Part shown: positions 49,159 to 56,711 of the stretch, piece after piece | Layout: every line of letters starts with the position of its first letter | Position numbering within the stretch: the first letter of the stretch is position 1 | Assembly: GCA_965250045.1 (NCBI GenBank) | Contig: OZ252286.1 | Location: 2,034,355 to 2,098,354 of the forward strand | Reading direction: 5' to 3' | Source: Candidatus Marinacidobacterium sp. | GTDB lineage: Bacteria; Acidobacteriota; Vicinamibacteria; Marinacidobacterales; Marinacidobacteraceae | DNA length: 64,000 bases | Made by a program: the position numbers and the translations under genes | Notes under the pieces: model-generated | What the model saw: only the letters and a program-made list of their open reading frames with translations | Told to the model about the DNA's origin: nothing | The model's database searches: none

Positions 49159-49340
49159 GGGAACGCCGACCTCCGGTCGGCACAGCCCGCCGAAGGCGGG
49201 CGGCAGGGAAGGACCCCGAGTTCAGGGGTGGTTCACCTCTCGGCCGGAACCCGGGCGTTCAGCGCCATCCAGACGGTTGCGCGGTACACGCCTTTCGCTG
49301 CGCTCCGCGCAGCGGTGCCGACCGGAGGTCGGCGTTCCCG
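49159..49340. mobile_element. Family-A MITE, full copy with 25-bp terminal inverted repeats GGGAACGCCGACCTCCGGTCGGCAC
   Basis: Left TIR 49159..49183 and right TIR 49316..49340 are exact reverse complements; near-identical copy at 61735..61923. Confidence 0.7.
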
Positions 49341-49573
49341 TGCCTGCACGTCGCTCCGCCCGGTGGCCGGGGCGCCGAGACCTGCACCATCCCGGAACTG
49401 CAACTTCGTGCCCAGGCGGGGTGTACGGGAAGACCCGATCATGAGGGTTTCTCCCGGTGGGGCCCGGCACCGCCCCGCGCAGCGGGGCGAAACCGCGCCG
49501 CGCCGCCCCTCCGGATGGCACCCCGCAAACGGAAGGCTTACCCTCCGCCCTACGCCCACCCCGGGAGGTTCCC

Positions 49574-50827
49574 ATGTCCGGCACCCCGTTCTCCCCTCTC
49601 TCCCGTCCCCTCGGCTTCGAGTGCTACCCCTCCGGTCTCGGCCCCAGCCGCCGGGCCTTCCTGCGCGCCGTCGCCAGCACCGCGGCGGGCGCCGCGACCG
49701 CTGGCGCCCTCCCCGGATGTGACACCGCGCCCGGCGCACCGGACGCCGCCCCGGAACCGGCCCCCGCGGCCAGCGCCGCGGATGCGCTGAGTTCCGTCCC
49801 GACCTTCCCCGAAGGAGGCTTCGCCGAGGGCGCCGTCCGCATCGGCTTCAACGAGAACCCGCTCGGGCCGTCACCCAAGGCGCTCGCCGCCATCGCGGCC
49901 GACGGCCTCGCTGCCGGGAACCGCTACAACTACCCCGACACCGTCCGCGACCAGATCGCGGCCCACCACGGCACGACCCGCGAACACGTCCTCGTCGGCT
50001 GCGGCTCGACGGAGTTCCTGCAATTTCTGCCCTGGGGCTTCCTGAAGCCGGGCACGACCAGCCTCGTCCTGCCCGAGATCACCTACGGCTGGTGCGGCGG
50101 GGTGGCGGCGGCGATCGGCGCCGAAGTAATTCACACCCCGATGGGGGCGGAAGGACGACTCGACGTCGCGGCGATGCGGGCCGCCATCCGTCCCGACACC
50201 CGGATCGTGTACGTCGCGAACCCCAACAACCCGACCGGGGCGCCGGTGGCCCACGACGAGATCGTTGCGCTGGCGGAGGCCGTGCCCGAGGGCGGGATCC
50301 TCATCGTGGACGAGGCCTACGCCGAGTTCCTGGCCGAAGGGGGAGATGCGGTATCGCTGGCGCTCGCGGGCGGACCCGTGATCGTGGCCCGGACCTTCTC
50401 CAAGGCGTACGGCATGGCCGGCCTCCGCATCGGTTACGTCGTGGGCTCCGGCCCGATGCTCGAGAAGGCGACCGGCGTCTGGTGGGGCGACTTCGGGCTG
50501 AACACCGCGGCGGCGGTGGCCTGCGGGCCGGCGCTCGCCGACCGGGAGCATGTCGACAACTACGTGCGGACGGTGGACGATGGCCTCGCCGAACTGCGCG
50601 CCGGACTCGGCGAACTCGGCTGCGTTTCCTGGCCGCACCGGGCGCCGTTCCTGATGACGGATCTGGGAAGCGAGGCCCTCCCGGTGGTCCGGGAGCTCTT
50701 CCGGCGCGGGATCTACGTGCAGGACGGCGCCGGCTGGGGTCTCCCGACCTTCCTCCGGATCTCGGTGGGCCTCTCGGAGCACCACCAGGCGCTCCTCGGC
50801 GCCCTCCGGGAGATCCGCATCGCCTGA
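49574..50827 (+). CDS. Class I/II (HisC-like) aminotransferase with twin-arginine signal and lipobox-like Cys
   Basis: SRRAFLRAVASTAAGAATAGALPGC Tat motif; NPNNPTG and SKAYGMAGLRIGY (PLP-lysine) motifs. Confidence 0.8.
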   Translation: MSGTPFSPLSRPLGFECYPSGLGPSRRAFLRAVASTAAGAATAGALPGCDTAPGAPDAAPEPAPAASAADALSSVPTFPEGGFAEGAVRIGFNENPLGPSPKALAAIAADGLAAGNRYNYPDTVRDQIAAHHGTTREHVLVGCGSTEFLQFLPWGFLKPGTTSLVLPEITYGWCGGVAAAIGAEVIHTPMGAEGRLDVAAMRAAIRPDTRIVYVANPNNPTGAPVAHDEIVALAEAVPEGGILIVDEAYAEFLAEGGDAVSLALAGGPVIVARTFSKAYGMAGLRIGYVVGSGPMLEKATGVWWGDFGLNTAAAVACGPALADREHVDNYVRTVDDGLAELRAGLGELGCVSWPHRAPFLMTDLGSEALPVVRELFRRGIYVQDGAGWGLPTFLRISVGLSEHHQALLGALREIRIA

Positions 50828-50949
50828 CGGTAGGAGCCCGGCCTGATCGCCTTCTGTGGAATATCCGCTACGCGAGCTATGGCGTGCATCGACATCCCTT
50901 CGCACAGCATGGCGAAGACCTGAGTTGGGTAGCTTGTTCATGGCGATTA

Positions 50950-51034
50950 GGTTGACAATCTCCCGGATATGGTTGACAATTATGCTACAATAGATTTCCA
51001 GCGTCAACAGTAAGGTTGTCAAAAGGAGAGAACG
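50950..51034 (+). promoter_or_regulatory. Promoter/operator: two direct GGTTGACAAT motifs 21 bp apart, an inverted GGTTGTCAAA copy over the RBS, -10-like GACAAT/TACAAT
   Basis: Read directly; motifs at 50950..50959, 50971..50980, 51014..51023; ~45% GC. Confidence 0.5.
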
Positions 51035-52069
51035 GTGACTGGAGTCCGCGCCCGAGGCGAGAAGATCAGGCGCTTCATTCTTGAGCGTGTGGAGAAATCT
51101 CCGGGCGATGTGGCGAAAGCAACATCCGCGGAGTTTGGGATCACCCGACAAGCGGTCAACAAACACCTTCGGCGACTTCGTGCCAAAGGTGTCCTTCGTC
51201 GATCAGGTAACACCCGCGCCAGCGCTTATCAGCTGGCTCCATTATCGCAATGGCGTCACATCTGCCAGATTGAGCCAGGTCTGGCGGAGGATGTTGTATG
51301 GATGCGTGAGGTTAGAGACGCTCTGGGCGACTTGCCAGACAACGTTCTAGAAATCTGGCAGTATGGTTTCACCGAGATGTTTAACAATGCAATTGATCAC
51401 GCGGATGGCACGCATATTGGGGTTCAGATCAGAAAGACCGCCGCTACCACAGAAATGATGATTACTGACGATGGATACGGCATCTTCAAGAAGATTCAAA
51501 CTGCAATGGGCTTGTTGGATGCACGACACTCGATCTTGGAGCTTTCAAAGGGGAAGCTAACAACCGACCCGACGCATCATACCGGTGAAGGCATTTTCTT
51601 CTCCTCCAGGATGTTTGATCTCTTCGACATCGTTTCCGAAGGGGTTTACTTTTCTCACAGATTCGAAGGTGCAGAAGACTGGATCATGGAAGAAGACTGG
51701 AAGTCCAAGGGAACAGCTGTGTGGATGAGGCTGAATAACCACACGGCAAGAACAACCGATAAGATTTTTGACCAATACAGTTCCGGTGATGACTACGGAT
51801 TCACAAAAACAGTTGTTCCGGTGAGAATGGCCCAATACGGGGAAGACAAGCTTATTTCCCGCTCGCAAGCAAGACGAGTACTGGCACGCATAGAGTTATT
51901 CAAGACCGTTCTATTCGACTTCACAGAAGTTAAGACCATCGGCCAAGCTTTTGCAGATGAGATATTCCGCGTATTTGCCATGCAGCATCCAGAGATCCAG
52001 TTGGTTCCGATTCACGCGAACTCGGAGACAAAGAGGATGATTGCAAGGGCAACACGAGGGAGCGAGTGA
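51035..52069 (+). CDS. Three-domain fusion protein: N-terminal winged HTH + RsbW/SpoIIAB-like GHKL ATPase (HATPase_c) + C-terminal STAS-like domain (DUF4325-like)
   Basis: HTH (GITRQAVNKHLRRLRAKGVL), N-box EMFNNAIDHA, G1 ITDDGYGI, G2-like HTGEGIFF; C-terminal ~90 aa alpha/beta STAS-like; GTG start after RBS AAAGGAGAG; gene GC ~50% vs ~70% background. Confidence 0.7.
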   Translation: MTGVRARGEKIRRFILERVEKSPGDVAKATSAEFGITRQAVNKHLRRLRAKGVLRRSGNTRASAYQLAPLSQWRHICQIEPGLAEDVVWMREVRDALGDLPDNVLEIWQYGFTEMFNNAIDHADGTHIGVQIRKTAATTEMMITDDGYGIFKKIQTAMGLLDARHSILELSKGKLTTDPTHHTGEGIFFSSRMFDLFDIVSEGVYFSHRFEGAEDWIMEEDWKSKGTAVWMRLNNHTARTTDKIFDQYSSGDDYGFTKTVVPVRMAQYGEDKLISRSQARRVLARIELFKTVLFDFTEVKTIGQAFADEIFRVFAMQHPEIQLVPIHANSETKRMIARATRGSE

Positions 52070-52183
52070 CGATAGGGAAACGCGATCCCAATCGTGTGCG
52101 CGCGGCTTTTGGCGGCGGGAGAAAAGCGCGGTCGGCAGCTCAGGTGCGGGCTCATCGCGGCGCGTTCGACTACTGTCCTTGAC

Positions 52184-52372
52184 AGCCTGTGGCAAAATCC
52201 ACGCGGCGTTCGACCGGCGATCCATCCCGGCTGAACCACTCCGCTTCGCTACGTTCTGCGTTGCGTTTCGGTCGAAATACACCCGGTATTCCTCCCTCAC
52301 GCGCCTTGTCAGCCGGGCGCCTCACCGGCCTCGGCGCTCACGCGGGTTTCACCACAGGCTGTTAACGGTTGC
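52184..52372. mobile_element. Family-B MITE-like element (copy B4) with TIR CAGCCTGTGG / CCACAGGCTG
   Basis: Read directly. Confidence 0.6.
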
Positions 52373-53103
52373 AGCATCCCTCCCTTGGATCGCGTCTCGG
52401 AGCGGCACTATCTGTCCCGTCGTCTGCTGGACGATGTGGAAGGCGCGCTGATTCCGGTCGCGCGGTCGGGATGGAGCTCGTGACACACCGGCACCGTGGC
52501 AGGGTCCGTAGGTCACGTCAACCCCCGCAGAATTCAAACTGAGCCACTAACTTCTACTCCACTTTCTTTCCCTCAGAGCCGTCGAAGGTAGATGAAGGAC
52601 AGAAGGAGAGCTAGCGAAAGCGGAACCAGGTTTCCGCCGATCATCCACCGCTCCATCCTCTCCAGCGGCTATTTCGGAAAGGCCCACCACAACGCGAGGT
52701 TGAAGCAAAGTGATCTGGCCGCGGCGGCAACCATGAACCACCCTGACGCGCGATTGGTCGGATACCAGACCTCCGGAGACGAAAGGGTTCTTGGCGTCCG
52801 GAAGCCAAGTATGCGGTTGGGCGACCTTGCCCAGGATCATCGGTATGGACGACGCCAAGACCACTAACGGAACGACGTAGCCGAGCAGGTGTTGGCCGTA
52901 TTCCCTCCAGGTGAACCAGCGTGGCCGGGGGCGTGCTCCGCTTCAGCCCTCGTCTCCGGCTGCCACCGGACACGAGCAATGGTATTCGACGACCCCGACA
53001 GTTGACAGGGGAGGCAGCCACGCAACATCCCGCAGCCAATTCAGCGCCGACATGCTCCGCTGCCAAGATCTGGAGCGCCTGAAGCCGGCTACTAAACGAA
53101 CGT

Positions 53104-54351
53104 TCAGTTCGTCCAAATCTCGCTAACCGGCGCCGCCAGCATCCGGGGATCGCCCATTGGCAGGACGTCCCGTCCCGTATGGAACAGGACCCCGCCGGCG
53201 AAGTCCGATCCGCAACGCTCCGCCAACCGGACGAGCCCGCGCCCGTCGCGAGCGGCAAACGACGAGGAAGCCTTGATCTCGAACCCCCAGGTTCGAGCGC
53301 CGCGGGTCATCACCAGATCCACTTCGACCTGGTCCTTGTCCCGGTAATGCCAGAACTCGAGGTCCGGATCCGTCCAGGCCGCCTGGGCGATGAGCTGCTG
53401 CACGACAAAGGATTCCAGCAGGTGTCCCTGGAGATCCCGGTTCCCGAGCAGGTCGGGGGCGGTTAACGATGCAAGCGTCGCGGCGAGACCGCTGTCCACG
53501 AGATGCGTTTTCGGCGAACGGATGAGGCGTCGGCCCGGGCTGCGGTGCCAGGCCGGCAGGCGGCGAGCCAGAAACAGGCGTTCCAGAACCGCCACGTAGT
53601 GCTCCACGGTGCTGCGGTGGAGATCGGCGTCGCCGGCCAGGCTGGCGGCCCGGAAGAGCCGGCCCTTGCGATTCGCGAGGAGCGCCAGAAGCCGCCCCAA
53701 CTCGCTGGCGTCCCGGATCCGGGCCACATCCCGGACATCGCGTTCGATAACGGTCCGAAGGTATTGGCGGTGCCACGCACGCGTCGTCGCAGGAGTCAGG
53801 GGCAGCACGGAGGGGTAGCCACCCGCCACGATCCGCTCCTCGAGGGTCGGGCCGGCTTCTGCCGAACCGCCTCCGATGCGAGGCCGGAGTCCCCCATCCA
53901 GCAGGAGTCGTAGAAATTGCCCCGGGCGACCTTCTTTCTCGGCCTCCGTCAGCGGTTGGAGGTCCGCGATTGCCATCCGCCCGGCCAGCGACTCGGTGAC
54001 CCGTGGCAGGAGCAGCAGGTTCGCAGATCCGGTCAGCAGGAAGCGGCCAGGCTCGCGGTCTTGATCGACGGACCGTTTGATCGCGGGTAGGAGTTGCGGA
54101 ACTCGCTGTACTTCGTCCAGTGTCACCCGGCGTGGCAAGGCGGCCACGAAGCGCACCGGATCCAGGGCTGCGGCACGCTCGGCCGGGTCGTCATCGAAGC
54201 TGACGTACGCCCGATCACTTGCCAGGCGCTGGACGAGAGTGGTCTTTCCGCTCTGCCGTGGCCCAATGACGGCGACCACCGGCATGTAGGAGAGGTCTCT
54301 CTCGATCGCTGTCGATAGCAGGCGCGGGACGAAGGAGGGTTGGGTGGCCAT
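53104..54351 (-). CDS. AAA+ ATPase of the AAA_14 / DUF4143 family
   Basis: Walker A GPRQSGKTTL, Walker B region LDEVQ, ~415 aa architecture typical of this family. Confidence 0.8.
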   Translation of the reverse strand: MATQPSFVPRLLSTAIERDLSYMPVVAVIGPRQSGKTTLVQRLASDRAYVSFDDDPAERAAALDPVRFVAALPRRVTLDEVQRVPQLLPAIKRSVDQDREPGRFLLTGSANLLLLPRVTESLAGRMAIADLQPLTEAEKEGRPGQFLRLLLDGGLRPRIGGGSAEAGPTLEERIVAGGYPSVLPLTPATTRAWHRQYLRTVIERDVRDVARIRDASELGRLLALLANRKGRLFRAASLAGDADLHRSTVEHYVAVLERLFLARRLPAWHRSPGRRLIRSPKTHLVDSGLAATLASLTAPDLLGNRDLQGHLLESFVVQQLIAQAAWTDPDLEFWHYRDKDQVEVDLVMTRGARTWGFEIKASSSFAARDGRGLVRLAERCGSDFAGGVLFHTGRDVLPMGDPRMLAAPVSEIWTN

Positions 54352-54383
54352 TTGCCGGTCATTCTAGCGGCCAAGTGTCGATT

Positions 54384-54513
54384 ATTGGAGCGTCCATCTG
54401 TCGGTTAGCTGGACAATAAACCCACGATGCCCGCAATTGTTCAATGACTTGCGTATCGGACAAAGTGTCAGTCAAGACAGCGTCCATCTGTCGATTACCG
54501 GAACCCAAAGTGA
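54384..54513. promoter_or_regulatory. Iteron-like direct repeats (core AGCGTCCATCTGTCGRTTA x2; TGTCRRTYA x4) upstream of the AAA ATPase gene
   Basis: Read directly; ~50% GC spacer. Confidence 0.4.
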
Positions 54514-54595
54514 AGCGGTGACCTTTCCACCTCTCCGAGTCAAGGCCGCAATCGTCCTCCGGCGCCAGCCCCGACGGCCCCGGCATCCGGAGTTA

Positions 54596-54631
54596 GCCAT
54601 CCCGAGATAATTATCTTGAAATGGCTAAACG
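54596..54631. promoter_or_regulatory. Nested palindrome TTAGCCATcccgaGATAATTATCttgaaATGGCTAA just downstream of the beta-lactamase stop
   Basis: Outer 8-bp arms and inner perfect 10-bp palindrome GATAATTATC. Confidence 0.4.
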
Positions 54632-54656
54632 TGGCTAATTCGGAGCCGCCCGGACC

Positions 54657-55667
54657 TCAGCGCACGAACAGGAAGTAGTCGTGGGCGGCGCGGGCGGCCT
54701 CGGCGATGGCCCGCTCGCGGTCCGATACCGGATCGTCCGATTCCTTCACGAAGGCGACCATCACCACGTGCCCGGCGTCTGACGGCAGGTAGATGATCCC
54801 CACGTCGTTCGTGGTGCGTCCGATGGTCCCGGTCTTGTGGGCCACCACCGTTCCCTCCGGCAGGCGGCCCTTCAGCCGGCCAGCGCCGGTCTCGCACCGC
54901 TCCATGACGTCGATCAGCAGGTCCCGGCTCGCCTGGGAGAGGCCTTCTCCGTTCCAGATCTTCACCAGCAGGTCCGCCATCCCCCGCGGGGTGGCGTTGT
55001 CCCGGGGGTCGGCTTCGAAGCTGTCCCGGGCCTCTCTGCGGTCCTCCTCGGAAACCTCGCCGTAGTACTCGGTGTAGGTGGCGCGGGTCCGTTCGCTACG
55101 GGGCGGCAGCCCCTCGGCGCCTATGTAGTCGGTGATCAGATCCGCCGTGGAGCGGGCCACCCGGACCCCTTCGACTCCCAGTTCGGCCATCCGGGCGGTC
55201 ACCCGCTCGCCCCCTCCCGCGGCCTTCAGGCAGAGATCGGTCGCGGAGTTGTCGCTGATCAGCAGCATCAACTCCATCAGGTTGAGGATGGACAGCGATA
55301 CGCCGGGATCGTTGAACAGCCGGCTGAGCGTCCCGCTCCCCGGGGAGAGGTCGGACAGCTCCAGGTCGATCATGTGATCGAGCCCGAACTCCCCCTCGTC
55401 CACCCGGCGGAGGAGTTCCACCGCGATGGGGACCTTGTAGGTGCTCGCCATCGGGAACGGATCGTCGGGATGGAGGTAGGCGGTCCGTCCGGTCTCGAGG
55501 TGGACGGCGGCCAGCCCCAGCGCTCCGCCCGACAGCGGTTCGAGACGCGCCCACTCCGCTTCGAGGGCCGTTTCGCTGCCGGTCTGGGCGAGGGCGAGCG
55601 GCGCGAAGACCAGCGCGGCGAGCGCGGTGGCCGTGATCCGGCCGGGAATCGAAGTGCGGTTTGGCAT
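54657..55667 (-). CDS. bla: Class A beta-lactamase (signal peptide)
   Basis: S-x-x-K (MASTYKV), SDN (LISDNSAT), KTG (AHKTGT), E-loop region; start trimmed to MPNRTSIP. Confidence 0.85.
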   Translation of the reverse strand: MPNRTSIPGRITATALAALVFAPLALAQTGSETALEAEWARLEPLSGGALGLAAVHLETGRTAYLHPDDPFPMASTYKVPIAVELLRRVDEGEFGLDHMIDLELSDLSPGSGTLSRLFNDPGVSLSILNLMELMLLISDNSATDLCLKAAGGGERVTARMAELGVEGVRVARSTADLITDYIGAEGLPPRSERTRATYTEYYGEVSEEDRREARDSFEADPRDNATPRGMADLLVKIWNGEGLSQASRDLLIDVMERCETGAGRLKGRLPEGTVVAHKTGTIGRTTNDVGIIYLPSDAGHVVMVAFVKESDDPVSDRERAIAEAARAAHDYFLFVR

Positions 55668-55769
55668 GGTGCAGGCGCCTCCGTTACGCGCTTGAGGGAA
55701 GGGCAAGAGTACCGCTCTCCTGCTATCGCGCCGTCCGGGTTCACGAGTCGGTGAGGCACTCACGCTGGC

Positions 55770-55920
55770 CGGAGGCGGGCCATGAGCGCGGGTTTCGCGC
55801 TCCCGCGCGATGCCGGCCGGAGGCCGGCGTTCCAAGCCGTCCCCGCGCTTTTTTGCTGGCGGCGATTTGCGGTTTCGCGGCCCTGCAGGCCGCGGCGCCG
55901 GTGTGAACACCGGCGGTCCC
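55770..55920. repeat. Family-A composite (inverted orientation)
   Basis: GTGCCGGCCGGAGGCCGGCGTTCCAAGCCGTCCCCGCG...GGTGTGAACACCGGCGGTCCC is the reverse complement of the 37150/39376 unit. Confidence 0.55.
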
Positions 55921-56711
55921 TTCTCCGACGCCTCACCCGGCACGGGGATTGCTTGCCACAACAGCGAGATGCGGGGTTCGGTTTTGCTGGCTCTCGGCCT
56001 GCTTGCGGTGTCCACTACGGCGGTAGCGCAGGAAACCCCGCGCGTCCTCGAGGTCACGCTTGCCGACCTCGACGAAGACGCCCTCGACTTCCTGATCGGC
56101 TGGGAACGCTGGAAGGGAGACATTCTGGACCTCGCGTCCGAGGGTTATGCGCGGTTCACGTTCGTGCCGCTGCTGGCGGTCGAACCGGGCCTGCCGCTGA
56201 ACGCGCGGTTCTCCGGGCGCGTCTTTGCGGCTTCCGGGCAGCGGGCGGCGCGCCGCCCGACCCGGACATCCCGCCCGACCCGGACATCCCATTTGCCCCG
56301 CCGCCCCATCCGGACCGCCCGCGCCCCGCGCGACGGAGCGTCCGACCGGGGGCGCCCCCGTCCTCCGCACGGGCTGGCTCCGCTCGGCAAGCTGCCCCGC
56401 TTCGGCCGGCGCCCCCCGCCCAGGCCCCGGAACACGGGACGCGCTCCGGCGCGGGGACCTCGCGAACTCGGAGCGCCGGCGCCGCGAAACGGCAGCCGGG
56501 GAGGCGCCGCCGGCGCCTCCACCGGAGGAGCCCCCACCGGAAGAGCGAAACCGCGCGGCGGCGCATCCGGGCCGCGGCGCGGGGCCGCCTCCGGCATGCG
56601 GAACGGCGGAACCGGAAAACCGCGCCAGCACCGGTAAAATCACGCGTTCCCCGCTCCCGGCGGGGAGAAGCGACCGGATTCCCCGGTCCTGAGCTTCCGG
56701 AGGCACGTGCG

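Noticed and set aside
52547-53258. ORFs 52547..52864(-), 52592..52867(+), 52641..53258(-), 52911..53126(+) in the ~58% GC stretch
   Set aside because: Mutually overlapping, no RBS or recognisable motifs. The region is treated as possibly decayed or non-coding accessory DNA rather than called genes.
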